From Alistipes sp. (GTDB lineage Bacteria; Bacteroidota; Bacteroidia; Bacteroidales; Rikenellaceae): a stretch of DNA of 64,000 nucleotides. The first letter of the stretch is position 1. Each line of letters starts with the position of its first letter. Below are positions 37,171-46,723 of the stretch, piece by piece. The notes under the pieces are model-generated. The model saw nothing but the letters and a program-made list of their open reading frames with translations, was not told the DNA's origin and ran no database searches. Location: positions 21,453 to 85,452 of the forward strand of contig JAFOBG010000049.1 in assembly GCA_017381935.1 (NCBI GenBank), in the 5' to 3' direction. Made by a program: the position numbers and the translations under genes.

Positions 37171-37202
37171 TTTGACAAATAGTAAAAGTTGTATTATCTT
37201 TG
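37171..37202 (+). promoter_or_regulatory. Bacteroides sigma(ABfr)-type promoter for the trx-ftn-dfx operon
   Basis: The -33 TTTG is at 37171-37174, a 20-nt spacer follows, and the -7 TAtcTTTG is at 37195-37202. The trx ATG is at 37242. Confidence 0.5.
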
Positions 37203-37241
37203 CATTAGAAAAGAGAAAATAACCACAAAAACAGAAAAGAT

Positions 37242-37598
37242 ATGGCAACTATACATTTGACAAAAGGTGGGTTTGAGCGAAGAGTAGCCGACCTGAACAG
37301 CATCAACAACAACTGGAACTTTTTGGGCGACCGTCCTGCGCTGATAGACTTCTACGCCGCTTGGTGTGGTCCTTGCAAGGCACTCTCCCCTATATTGGAG
37401 GAGCTTTCTGAGGAGTATGCCGGCAAGGTGGATATCTACAAGGTAAATGTAGATGAGGAGCAGCAGCTGGCCGAGGCGTTCGGTATCCGTTCAATCCCGA
37501 CCCTCTACTTTATCCCGATGAAGGGTCAGCCACAGAGGGCGATGGGTGCAATGCCAAAGGAGCAGCTGAAGAAGATGTTGGATAGTATTATCAAGTAA
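37242..37598 (+). CDS. trx: Thioredoxin
   Basis: The active site is WCGPC within …IDFYAAWCGPCKALSPILEEL…. Confidence 0.9.
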   Translation: MATIHLTKGGFERRVADLNSINNNWNFLGDRPALIDFYAAWCGPCKALSPILEELSEEYAGKVDIYKVNVDEEQQLAEAFGIRSIPTLYFIPMKGQPQRAMGAMPKEQLKKMLDSIIK

Positions 37599-37630
37599 CA
37601 CTATAAATAACACTATAAAACCTTAAAACT

Positions 37631-38155
37631 ATGTTAAGCACTAAATTACACACAGCAATCAACGATCAGATTAACGCCGAGCTATGGTCGGCATACCTCT
37701 ACCTTTCAATGTCTATGGACGCTGAGGCAAAAGGATATAAGGGTGTAGCCAACTGGTTTTATGTTCAATGGTTAGAGGAGCAGGATCACGCTCATATTCT
37801 AATGAACTATCTTAACTCACGTGATGCTAAGGTTACACTAAAACCTATTGAAAAGGTTGATACAGAGTGGCACTCTGTTTTGGAGATGTTCCAGCAGACT
37901 CTCAAACACGAGAAGGTCGTAACCGGCCTTATCAACAACCTGGCAGCTATTGCGGCAGAAGATAGAGATTTTGCATCATCAAATATGTTGGTTTGGTTTG
38001 TAAACGAGCAAGTTGAGGAGGAGGAGTCTGCACGCGATATGATATTTGCAGCAGAGTCTGTAGAGGGCGACAAGTATGGCATGTATCAACTCGACAAAGA
38101 ACTTGCTACAAGAGTATATACACAAGCATCACCTCTCGCTTCAGAGGCTGAGTAA
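37631..38155 (+). CDS. ftn: Non-heme ferritin
   Basis: The motifs are INDQINAELWSAYLYLSMS… and EEQDHA, which give the ferroxidase-centre Glu/His pattern of a ferritin-like four-helix bundle. Confidence 0.85.
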   Translation: MLSTKLHTAINDQINAELWSAYLYLSMSMDAEAKGYKGVANWFYVQWLEEQDHAHILMNYLNSRDAKVTLKPIEKVDTEWHSVLEMFQQTLKHEKVVTGLINNLAAIAAEDRDFASSNMLVWFVNEQVEEEESARDMIFAAESVEGDKYGMYQLDKELATRVYTQASPLASEAE

Positions 38156-38203
38156 TTAAAATTAAACAATAAACAGAGTATAAAATCTAAAAACGAAGAT
38201 ATT

Positions 38204-38578
38204 ATGGCAACAAAATTTTATAAATGCGGACATTGTGGTAATGTAATAGAGAAGGTCGTAGATTCAAAAGTTCCGGTTGTATGCTGTGGCGAGAAGATGG
38301 AAGAGCTTATCCCAAACACCGTCGAGGCGAGTGGCGAGAAGCATATCCCTGTAGTAACTCGTATTGATGAGTGCACAATAAAGGTAGAGGTTGGTAGTGT
38401 AGCACACCCAATGCTTCCTGAGCATCATATAGCATTTATCTATGTTGAGACAGAGAATGGCGGAATTCGTGTAAACCTAACCGATAAGCCAGAGGCTGTA
38501 ATATGCACCTGCTCTGCAAAGCCAATAGCTGTATATGAGTATTGCAATCTGCATGGATTGTGGAAAACTGAGCTATAA
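38204..38578 (+). CDS. dfx: Desulfoferrodoxin (2Fe superoxide reductase)
   Basis: The N-terminal desulforedoxin motif is CGHCGN…VCCG. The centre II ligands are EKHIPV, HPM..EHHI and C..HGLW. Confidence 0.85.
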   Translation: MATKFYKCGHCGNVIEKVVDSKVPVVCCGEKMEELIPNTVEASGEKHIPVVTRIDECTIKVEVGSVAHPMLPEHHIAFIYVETENGGIRVNLTDKPEAVICTCSAKPIAVYEYCNLHGLWKTEL

Positions 38579-38594
38579 ACAATACAATTCAATA

Positions 38595-38633
38595 AACGCC
38601 CCCAAAAGTTCTTAGCTGACTTTTGGGGGCGTT
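38595..38633. terminator. Bidirectional rho-independent terminator between dfx and rnc
   Basis: A perfect 15-bp stem (aacgcccccaaaagt / acttttgggggcgtt) encloses a 9-nt loop. Confidence 0.75.
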
Positions 38634-38650
38634 ACTCTTTGTACAATTCG

Positions 38651-39433
38651 TTATCTTTGATTAGACTCTAATCTATCCAACTTATCAAGCAGACGAGCAC
38701 AAACCTCATCATTCATCTCTAAAGCTACAGAGTGGGCTGCGGCCTGCTCTGCCTCCTTTTTAGATTCGCCCATGCCATGACCTGCCTCAAAGTCATCAAT
38801 AAGCACTACGCTACGGAAAGCATGTGCTCCTGCTGTCGAACTTTTACCAACGCCCTTTGTACGGAAGACTATTGAGTGGTGATGTTTCTGTCCCCACTCT
38901 ATAAGGCGACTCTTAAAATCAGTCTCCTCCTCATCTACTTGCTCAAGAGAGAGATAATGAGCATAAATAGAGTTTATCAGCAGGCGATTGACAAAATTGT
39001 ACCCCTGATCAAGATATATCGCACCCATCATCGCCTCAAAGGCATCTCCAAAGATATGTTTTTGACTTGTTGAAACAGAGTGGTTACAGATAACACAATC
39101 TGCAAGGCCCATTCTTTTAGCTATACTATTCAGAGATTGACGAGAGACAATCTTTGATCGCAACTGAGTAAGGCGACCTTCATCATATTCAGGATATTCA
39201 ATAAATAGATAGTCTGACGTTACACTCTCAATAACCGCATCACCCAAGAACTCAAGACGCTCGTTATTGATATTCTGCCCATCTACCACAATAGATGCAG
39301 ACTTATGAATTAACGCCAATTTATATAGTTCGATATTATTCGGAATAAATCCAAACATATCATCAACCATTCTATAGTAATCTTTATCAGGCCCGAAGTT
39401 ACGCTTTATCGGGCGAAGTATAAAATCAAGCAC
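38651..39433 (-). CDS. rnc: Ribonuclease III
   Basis: The signature ERLEFLGDAV and a C-terminal dsRBD (…GESKKEAEQAAA…) are present. The track start is a GTG, so the exact start is uncertain. Confidence 0.9.
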   Translation of the reverse strand: MLDFILRPIKRNFGPDKDYYRMVDDMFGFIPNNIELYKLALIHKSASIVVDGQNINNERLEFLGDAVIESVTSDYLFIEYPEYDEGRLTQLRSKIVSRQSLNSIAKRMGLADCVICNHSVSTSQKHIFGDAFEAMMGAIYLDQGYNFVNRLLINSIYAHYLSLEQVDEEETDFKSRLIEWGQKHHHSIVFRTKGVGKSSTAGAHAFRSVVLIDDFEAGHGMGESKKEAEQAAAHSVALEMNDEVCARLLDKLDRLESNQR

Positions 39434-39468
39434 AGTATTATCAAGTTTAAATAGGTCGGAAAAAGACC

Positions 39469-40716
39469 TTAAAGTTTACGGAAAACCAAGGTGGAGTTAT
39501 GCCCACCAAAGCCGAAGGTATTACTCATAGCGACCTTCACCTCACGCTTTTGCGCAGTTCCTAAAGTAAGATTGAGTTTAGAATCAATCTGAGGGTCAAC
39601 CTCTTCCACATTGATTGTCGGAGGTATAATACCCTTCTCAATAGCAAATACACACGCCAAAGCCTCAACTGCAGCCGTTGCTCCAAGCAGGTGGCCGGTC
39701 ATAGACTTTGTTGACGATATATTCATTTTGTACACATTCTCTCCAAAGAGACGCTGTACTGCCGTAATCTCGGCCAAATCACCCAATGGCGTACTTGTGC
39801 CATGAGCATTGAGGTAATCAACCTCAGAGACAGCTACACCGGCCTCCTCTAAGGCCTGACGCATAGATGTAATTGCACCCTTACCCTCAGGATGCGGAGC
39901 TGTCATGTGATAGGCATCTGCACTCATACCGGTTCCAGCTACCTCACAATAGATTTTTGCGCCACGCGCTACTGCATGCTCATACTCCTCAAACACCAAA
40001 GCACCGGCACCCTCTGCAATTACAAATCCGTCTCTATCTTTATCAAACGGACGTGATGCATGTTGTGGGTCATCATTGCGAGTAGATAACGCTCTCATAG
40101 AGGAGAAACCACCAACTGCCGGAATAATAATAGGAGCCTCTGAACCGCCTGTTACAATCATATCCGCCTTCCCCATACGAATAAGATTAAAGGCATCAAT
40201 CATTGCATGATTCGAAGATGCACAAGCCGAGGTTACGCTATAGTTGGGACCCATAAATCCATACTTAAGCGATATATGACCTGCTGCGATATCCGAAATC
40301 ATTCTAGGCACAAAGAATGGGCTGAAGCGAGGTGTACCATTACCCTCGGCCCAGCCCATAACTTCATCGTAGAAAGTATTTACACCACCTATACCTGATG
40401 CCCAAATAACACCTACACGCTCACGATTGAGCGACTCAAGGTCTAATGCAGCATCATCAACAGCCTCTGTAGCAGCGACCATTGCAAACTGAGAATAACG
40501 ATCATACTTACGCAACTCTTTACGCTCAAAGCACTGCGAAGGATCGAAATCCTTAACCTGACAAGCTACTTGTGATGGAAACTTGGTGGCATCAAACGCT
40601 GTAATAGGTCCGGCTCCGCTAACTCCCTTCTCCAGATTCTGAAAAAACTCGGCAATGTTATTGCCAATAGGATTAATTGTACCAATACCTGTAATTACAA
40701 CTCGTCTTTGCCCCAT
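39469..40716 (-). CDS. fabF: 3-oxoacyl-ACP synthase II
   Basis: The motifs are RRVVITGIG, the active-site context TSACASS, and HGTSTP…GH. Confidence 0.95.
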   Translation of the reverse strand: MGQRRVVITGIGTINPIGNNIAEFFQNLEKGVSGAGPITAFDATKFPSQVACQVKDFDPSQCFERKELRKYDRYSQFAMVAATEAVDDAALDLESLNRERVGVIWASGIGGVNTFYDEVMGWAEGNGTPRFSPFFVPRMISDIAAGHISLKYGFMGPNYSVTSACASSNHAMIDAFNLIRMGKADMIVTGGSEAPIIIPAVGGFSSMRALSTRNDDPQHASRPFDKDRDGFVIAEGAGALVFEEYEHAVARGAKIYCEVAGTGMSADAYHMTAPHPEGKGAITSMRQALEEAGVAVSEVDYLNAHGTSTPLGDLAEITAVQRLFGENVYKMNISSTKSMTGHLLGATAAVEALACVFAIEKGIIPPTINVEEVDPQIDSKLNLTLGTAQKREVKVAMSNTFGFGGHNSTLVFRKL

Positions 40717-40768
40717 TCCACTAATACTCTCTACTAACTAATTTCTTAATGCAAAAAACAAGCCGAAA

Positions 40769-41014
40769 TTACTTAATCTCGTCCTTGTGCTCCTCAAGAT
40801 AGTTGAGAACATCGCCTACAGTCTGCATAGTCTCAGCAACCTCCTGTGGAATCTCAACACCAAACTCCTTCTCGAAATCCATCATCAACTCTACGCTGTC
40901 GAGTGAATCTGCACCAAGGTGGCCTGTGAATGATGCCTCAGGTACTACCTCAGACTCCTTTACGCACAACTTGTTAACGATAGTCTTAACGACTCTTTCC
41001 TGAATGTTTGACAT
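40769..41014 (-). CDS. acpP: Acyl carrier protein
   Basis: The phosphopantetheine attachment site is [13 protein letters not shown]. Confidence 0.95.
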   Translation of the reverse strand: MSNIQERVVKTIVNKLCVKESEVVPEASFTGHLGADSLDSVELMMDFEKEFGVEIPQEVAETMQTVGDVLNYLEEHKDEIK

Positions 41015-41133
41015 AACTTTCCTTTTTTAGTTAAACAATTTTTAATCTTTGCTCTTTAACCTTTGGTATTTCTACCACCATTCTCAGAGAAAAAATCGTA
41101 GCAATACATTTCGGTTTATTAAGCAAATCGATG

Positions 41134-41141
41134 CAAAGATA
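41134..41141 (-). promoter_or_regulatory. -7 box TAtcTTTG on the - strand (acpP-fabF-rnc side)
   Basis: The + strand reads caaagata. It forms a divergent pair with the box at 41154-41161. Confidence 0.35.
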
Positions 41142-41153
41142 GCACTTTTTTAT

Positions 41154-41161
41154 TATCTTTG
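41154..41161 (+). promoter_or_regulatory. -7 box TAtcTTTG on the + strand (pepE side)
   Basis: The read is ttatTATCTTTGgc, about 75 nt upstream of the pepE ATG. Confidence 0.35.
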
Positions 41162-41235
41162 GCATAAAATAGGAAAAATTTTAACACCGAGTTGGCGGTT
41201 AACCTCCTAAAACTCACTAAAACTCAGTTATTTAC

Positions 41236-41946
41236 ATGGAAAATATGAAACTTCTTCTCATCTCTAACTCCACTAATGCGGGTGAAGAGTATTTAAAGTA
41301 CCCAATTGCCAATATCGGAGAGCATCTAAAAGGTGTTTCTGAGGTAATTTTTATCCCTTATGCAGCTGTTACATTCTCATACAACGAATATGAGCGTAAG
41401 GTGCAGAACCGTTTTGATGAGATTGGCGTCAAAGTTCGCTCTATTCACAAAGAGAAAAACCCTCTAAAGGCAATTCGTGAGGCTCAAGCAATCTGTGTAG
41501 GTGGAGGAAATACATTTGCCCTCACTAAAAAGATGCAGCAACAGGGTCTTATGTCTGCCATCTTGCGTAAAATCAAAGCCGGCACCCCTTATGTTGGTTG
41601 GAGCGCAGGTAGCAATGTTTGCTGTCCTACAATCTGCACTACAAACGATATGCCTATCGTAGAGCCAGAGTCATTCAAGGCTATCGGCGCTGTTCGTTTC
41701 CAGATTAACCCTCACTATCTCGATGCTAACCCTGAAGGTCATGCAGGAGAGACTCGTGAGCAGAGAATAGAGGAGTATATCGAGGCTAATCCTCGCCGTT
41801 ATGTTGTTGGCCTTAGAGAGGGCTGTATGTTACGCCTTATGGATGGCAAATTAGAGCTCATCGGTTCTCGCCCAATGCGCATCTTTAAGCGTGGTCAAAT
41901 TGCTTACGAAGTTAATAGCGGTGATGATTTGAGTTTCTTGCTCTAA
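41236..41946 (+). CDS. pepE: Dipeptidase E (S51 family)
   Basis: The motifs are LLLISNSTNAG…, GGGNTF and GWSAGSN. Confidence 0.85.
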   Translation: MENMKLLLISNSTNAGEEYLKYPIANIGEHLKGVSEVIFIPYAAVTFSYNEYERKVQNRFDEIGVKVRSIHKEKNPLKAIREAQAICVGGGNTFALTKKMQQQGLMSAILRKIKAGTPYVGWSAGSNVCCPTICTTNDMPIVEPESFKAIGAVRFQINPHYLDANPEGHAGETREQRIEEYIEANPRRYVVGLREGCMLRLMDGKLELIGSRPMRIFKRGQIAYEVNSGDDLSFLL

Positions 41947-41955
41947 ATAATTTGC

Positions 41956-42312
41956 ATGATTGATAGACAGCAACGAGGGAAAGAGGGAGAGGCCTTTACC
42001 GTCAATTGGCTCAGAGACAATGGTTTTCTCATTGTAGAGCGTAATTGGCGATATGGTCCTTATGAGATAGATATTATCGCTACACGACGTGGTGTTTTGC
42101 ACTTTGTCGAAGTAAAGACCAGAGCCCTTGGCTCTATAGAGTCTGCTGTCGAAGCTATAAATACAACTAAGCGCACCGCCCTGCTCCACGCCATGAACGG
42201 CTATATGCGTCGTACTCGTTGGGCAAGCGATGTGCAGGTTGACCTTGCTGCAGTAGAGGCGGCCATGGATGGTAGCTTTACAATGCACTACCACCAAAAT
42301 ATCATGGGATAA
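41956..42312 (+). CDS. yraN: YraN-family (UPF0102) predicted endonuclease
   Basis: The pattern is GKEGEAFTVNWLRDNGF.IVERNWR…YEIDIIA…HFVEVKTR. Confidence 0.8.
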   Translation: MIDRQQRGKEGEAFTVNWLRDNGFLIVERNWRYGPYEIDIIATRRGVLHFVEVKTRALGSIESAVEAINTTKRTALLHAMNGYMRRTRWASDVQVDLAAVEAAMDGSFTMHYHQNIMG

Positions 42313-42314
42313 CA

Positions 42315-43541
42315 ATGCATTGGCTCTATAACATAGCAATTCATGGCTACAACGCCACAATTTGTGCTCTCTCTCCATTCTACCGTAAGGCCAGACTATG
42401 GAGAGATGGGCGCAAAGACCTTTTTGCCCAAATGCGCCAAACGATAGACCACTCACGGCCTATTATCTGGATACATGCAGCCTCTTTGGGGGAATTTGAG
42501 CAGGGACGACCTATAATTGAGAAGATTAGAGCCGAGAGAGCTGAGTATCAAATTCTACTCACCTTCTTCTCACCTTCTGGCTATCAGGTACGCAAAGACT
42601 ATCAAGGAGCACACTACATATTCTACCTCCCAATAGACACAGAGAGCTATGCTCGTGAATTTATATATATTGTAAAACCTCAGATTGCAATATTTATAAA
42701 GTATGAGTTTTGGCTCAACACACTTGCCTATCTCCGCCAATGCAATATCCGAACTTTCATCGTCTCAGCTATTTTTCGTCCATCCTCTATCTTCTTCCGA
42801 CGTTATGGAGGGTTATGGAGAGAGGCTCTTAAGACATTTGAGACAATCTTTGTGCAAGATAAACGCTCTAAAGAGCTACTCTCAACAATCGGATACAACA
42901 ATGTTATCGTTGCAGGCGACACTCGTTTTGATAGAGTTATTCAGAGAGCTGCAACGGTCAAAAAGCTTGACTTTATCGAGCAATTTATCACTTCAGCACC
43001 AATCTTTGTTGCAGGTTCTACATGGCGAGATGACGAAGAACTACTTATCAGATTAATAAATGATAATAGTGCTATAAAGTTTATCATTGCTCCACATGAG
43101 ATTGATAACAACCGCATAGACAAGCTGATAGATAGCATAAAAGGCGGTGCTGTCAGATATACCAAGGCTACAGGAGAGACAAAAGAGTATCAAGTGATGA
43201 TTCTTGATACGATTGGCATACTGTCCTCAGTCTATCAATACGCCGACTTTGCATATATAGGCGGCGGCTTTGGTGTAGGTATTCATAACATCCTTGAGGC
43301 AGCAACATTCGGTGTTCCTATCGCCTTTGGGCCAAATTACCACAAATTTAAAGAGGCTCACGAGCTAATCGAGCTAAAAGGTGCTCAAAGCATCTCAAAC
43401 TACAGTGAACTGAGTAGTTGGTTCTCTAATCTTAGAGATAATGAAACTCTTCGCTTAGAGGCATGCAAAGTATCTAAAGAGTACACCCTTAAGCATAAAG
43501 GGGCAACGGAGCTATTCTTTACAACCTTATTTTCAAAATAG
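42315..43541 (+). CDS. waaA: 3-deoxy-D-manno-octulosonic acid (Kdo) transferase
   Basis: The motif is IWIHAASLGEFEQGRPIIEKIR… within a GT30-like layout. Confidence 0.9.
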   Translation: MHWLYNIAIHGYNATICALSPFYRKARLWRDGRKDLFAQMRQTIDHSRPIIWIHAASLGEFEQGRPIIEKIRAERAEYQILLTFFSPSGYQVRKDYQGAHYIFYLPIDTESYAREFIYIVKPQIAIFIKYEFWLNTLAYLRQCNIRTFIVSAIFRPSSIFFRRYGGLWREALKTFETIFVQDKRSKELLSTIGYNNVIVAGDTRFDRVIQRAATVKKLDFIEQFITSAPIFVAGSTWRDDEELLIRLINDNSAIKFIIAPHEIDNNRIDKLIDSIKGGAVRYTKATGETKEYQVMILDTIGILSSVYQYADFAYIGGGFGVGIHNILEAATFGVPIAFGPNYHKFKEAHELIELKGAQSISNYSELSSWFSNLRDNETLRLEACKVSKEYTLKHKGATELFFTTLFSK

Positions 43542-43563
43542 ATATTCCTAACACATAATCTAT

Positions 43564-43595
43564 AAAAAAGAGTCTGCCGAAAATTCGACAGACTC
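43564..43595 (-). terminator. Hairpin terminator for the 43620-54066 cluster, also placed to stop waaA
   Basis: The stem is gagtctg(c)cga / tcga cagactc. The + strand A6 tract 5' of the stem gives a T6 tract on the - strand. Confidence 0.55.
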
Positions 43596-43619
43596 AAATA
43601 TTATACAAGCTACAGACTA

Positions 43620-46613
43620 CTAACGAACAGTCTTCTTAACCTGATAGAGGTTACCTGCAGCATCAGTCCAAGCTACAGCTACTGTAGCCTGCTCAGGAAC
43701 GTTCTCAATAGTACCGCTAACAGCAGTTGAACTCTTAACAGCCTCTGAGTGGAGTGGAAGTGCGTAAGTAAGATCGTCATCATCGTAGTAGAGCAAGTTA
43801 GGCACTGCGAGAACATAAATCTCAGTAGCACCTGCACCTGGAGTTACAGAGTATGTAAATACGCCACCCTCAAGAGTTGCCTCTACAGTTGGCTCTGAAG
43901 CGGTCCAAGCAGCCTCTGTAGATGCGATGTATGGAGCAGTGAAGATTGGCTTCTGAACAGCCTCATAGTAGTTACCTGCTGCATCACACCAAGCCACATA
44001 AACAACAGCCTTTACGTCGTATGTACGACCAGCCTTGTATGATGGAGCGAATGTAGCAGCCTCTGTGCCAGAAACACTACCATAGTACTGACCCTCCTTA
44101 AGCATAAGGTTGTCGATGATATCCTTTGCAGGTGAATCTGGAGCAACTGCGCTCTCTGAATCCCAAACAGCTACCCAGTACTTTGTAGTACCAGCAGCAG
44201 GGGTAACAGTAACTGTTACATCAAATGCACCGTAGTCAGAGTTCCAAGCAACTACAGACTCAACAGTAGGAACCATTGCAGCATAAGCCTCGTTTGTAGA
44301 GCGGATGATTGGGTACTCTGGAAGTGATGGAGTGAAGTAGTGGAATGTAGCGTGTGAAGGGTTACCCTCAGCGTCAATAGCTACGATACCAAATGCATAC
44401 TCGTTGTTAGTTGTAAGGTCCTCAAGGTTAATCATACCGTCAACAACATCAGCAGCAGCGATAGTCTTAACATTCCAGTTAGAGTCAAGAGCAAGCTGTG
44501 TCTCAGTTGTTGCCTCGTCCTTCCAAGAGTAACCAGTTGTATCAACAGCGATGTAGCGGTAAGATACCGGAGTACCACCCTCGGTTGAAACCTTAATAGA
44601 TGCAGTGGTTACATCTACCTTTGAAGCAGTTGCATCAATATTAACCTTCATTGAGTTGTAAGCAAGAACGTTGGTCTTGAACTCCTCCTTGTAGAGCTTG
44701 CTGTACTTACCCTCTGTATCAACTGCAAATGCAAGAACAGTTGCAGCATCGCCTGGGTTAAGAGATGAAATGTAAGCAGTAGACTCATTGCCGATAGCCA
44801 TCATATTGTAAGCAGAGTTGTATTCAATAACATACTGGAGCAGCTCCTCGTCAGTCTTGTATGCTGCAAGGTCGTCAGCAGTTGCAAATACAGAGTAGAT
44901 CATTGTTGTGTTCTCTGAACCCTTGATAGCAACCTCGATGTTAGAGTATGTAGTCTCAACAGCCTCGAAAGTAAGGGTTGCAGTACCACCAGCCTCAATG
45001 TTTGGAGTGGTGTATGTGAAGTACTTCAGATCAGTTGCCAGATAGTCAGCATCAGCCTTACCCTCAACAAGTGGAAGGATATATACTACATAAGTGGTGT
45101 TAGGATAAACTGCAGGGTAGTATGCCTCGCCGAAGCCAAGGATATCGCCCTTGTAGTTGAGCTCCTTAAGCTCTGCGCCGAACATACCCCAACCCATCTG
45201 CCAGTTGCCAAATGAGTTCTCAATCTGCATCTTTGCCTCATCTGCAGTCGCAGCAGCAACTACACCTACGATGTAGCCAGCATAACCACCACCAACAGCA
45301 GTAATCTCTACAGAGTTGAATGTAACAGCTGTAGACTCAACATTGAGGAATGCAGGGGTGTAAACAGTGTAAACAACCTCGTCAGCAGAGTAAACGTGAT
45401 CCCAAGCATCGCTACCTGCAAGTGCCCAAACTACATAAGAAGTACCTGTTGGAATCTCAACATAAGAAGCAGGGTCGTAAACCTGAGCAATAAGCTGGTT
45501 GTAGAGCTCTTTGAGAGATACAGTTACCTGTGTCTCAGTGAACTCTGGAGCCATGAGTGCGTAGTCGTTCTTTGCAGCTGCAATAGCCTCTGCGCTGAAA
45601 TCCTCGTAAGTAGCAATACCGTAAGCAACACCACTCCAACGGAGACCTGTGTTGTTGTAGATAGTAGCATCCTCGCCTACAACCTCGATAAGAACAGATG
45701 CTGTAGATGCAGAAACAAGGAGCTTACCTACCATACACTTACCATCGCCACCAGCTGCGTGAATCTTTACAAAACCCTCGAGCTCAGCCTCACCGGCGTC
45801 AATCTTCTCCTGTGCAGGAGCAGTTACAGTCAAAGTCTTACCAGAGATTGTAGCCTTCCAACCCTCAGGTTTAGCGATAACTGTAAGGTCATCAATGTTC
45901 TCAGCCTTGAGAGCAACCTCAGCACTCTCACCTGGAGTAACGAAGGTCTTACCAGCCTGAACACCGAAATCGATAGCCGCTGCCTTAGGAACAGAGATTA
46001 CCTCACCTGATGCAAGGTAGAAATCAACAGAAGTCTCGCCATCAACTACATTGATAAAGATGCAAGTTGACTCCTCTGTCTCCTCCTCTGCCTTAACAAC
46101 AAGAACCCAGCTCTTACCTCCATCAACAGAGCACTCAACATCGCCTGTTGTTGGGTTAACGCGGAACTCTGGAGTAGCATTGTGAGCAACAGGAATCTTA
46201 TTACCAGCACCGTCAACGATAGCTACAGCCTGACCGTCAACAATCTGTGCCCAATAATAAACATCACCCTCCTTAACAATAGTTACACAGCCATTGTTAA
46301 GTTCTGGAGCCTGTGGCTCTGGCTGATACTCAGGATAGACAACAATCTTCTCACCTGAAGTGAGCAGAATATCCCAAGAACCATCTGTGTTTTTAGTTGC
46401 AGAAGCAACTACTGTCTTTGAGTCAATGAGAGTCTTGAGAGCCTCAACCTCGCTGTCGAGTTTCTGCTCAAGCTTTGAGATCTTCTCAAAAAGATCTGCA
46501 ATCTCCTGACGAATTGCAGTGTCATCATACTCTACTGTACATGATACAAAAAGCATCGATGCAACAACCAAAGTACTCAACACGCTTTTGAACATTGTGT
46601 AAACGTTCTTCAT
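43620..46613 (-). CDS. Very large surface lipoprotein (997 aa) with an N-terminal coiled coil and beta-rich repeats
   Basis: The lipobox is MLFVSC. A heptad-like segment (IRQEIADLFEKISKLEQKLDSEVEALKTLI) follows, then a long body rich in A, V, T, E, G and Y. No catalytic motif is recognised. Confidence 0.7.
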   Translation of the reverse strand: MKNVYTMFKSVLSTLVVASMLFVSCTVEYDDTAIRQEIADLFEKISKLEQKLDSEVEALKTLIDSKTVVASATKNTDGSWDILLTSGEKIVVYPEYQPEPQAPELNNGCVTIVKEGDVYYWAQIVDGQAVAIVDGAGNKIPVAHNATPEFRVNPTTGDVECSVDGGKSWVLVVKAEEETEESTCIFINVVDGETSVDFYLASGEVISVPKAAAIDFGVQAGKTFVTPGESAEVALKAENIDDLTVIAKPEGWKATISGKTLTVTAPAQEKIDAGEAELEGFVKIHAAGGDGKCMVGKLLVSASTASVLIEVVGEDATIYNNTGLRWSGVAYGIATYEDFSAEAIAAAKNDYALMAPEFTETQVTVSLKELYNQLIAQVYDPASYVEIPTGTSYVVWALAGSDAWDHVYSADEVVYTVYTPAFLNVESTAVTFNSVEITAVGGGYAGYIVGVVAAATADEAKMQIENSFGNWQMGWGMFGAELKELNYKGDILGFGEAYYPAVYPNTTYVVYILPLVEGKADADYLATDLKYFTYTTPNIEAGGTATLTFEAVETTYSNIEVAIKGSENTTMIYSVFATADDLAAYKTDEELLQYVIEYNSAYNMMAIGNESTAYISSLNPGDAATVLAFAVDTEGKYSKLYKEEFKTNVLAYNSMKVNIDATASKVDVTTASIKVSTEGGTPVSYRYIAVDTTGYSWKDEATTETQLALDSNWNVKTIAAADVVDGMINLEDLTTNNEYAFGIVAIDAEGNPSHATFHYFTPSLPEYPIIRSTNEAYAAMVPTVESVVAWNSDYGAFDVTVTVTPAAGTTKYWVAVWDSESAVAPDSPAKDIIDNLMLKEGQYYGSVSGTEAATFAPSYKAGRTYDVKAVVYVAWCDAAGNYYEAVQKPIFTAPYIASTEAAWTASEPTVEATLEGGVFTYSVTPGAGATEIYVLAVPNLLYYDDDDLTYALPLHSEAVKSSTAVSGTIENVPEQATVAVAWTDAAGNLYQVKKTVR

Positions 46614-46723
46614 AGAGTTTAAACTTTTATTGGTGTGTGTAAATCAGGTACACACGCCTAAAAAATATATGCCGACTCCTGATTTGTCGGACTGTTAAAT
46701 ATAAATAGGTATAAGCCTTCTTT

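Noticed and set aside
41851-42456. A 201-aa ORF on the - strand spanning pepE, yraN and waaA.
   Set aside because: It is antisense to three well-supported genes. It is rich in Cys, His and Leu and has no motif.
45396-46010. A 204-aa ORF on the + strand inside the 997-aa lipoprotein gene.
   Set aside because: It is an antisense shadow ORF of a strongly codon-biased gene, with no start context or motifs.
43620-46613. An impression that the 997-aa lipoprotein gene has a codon bias typical of very highly expressed genes, suggesting an S-layer-like protein.
   Set aside because: I could not compute codon statistics, and the first operon shows similar codon preferences by eye. The support is too weak to report as a finding.
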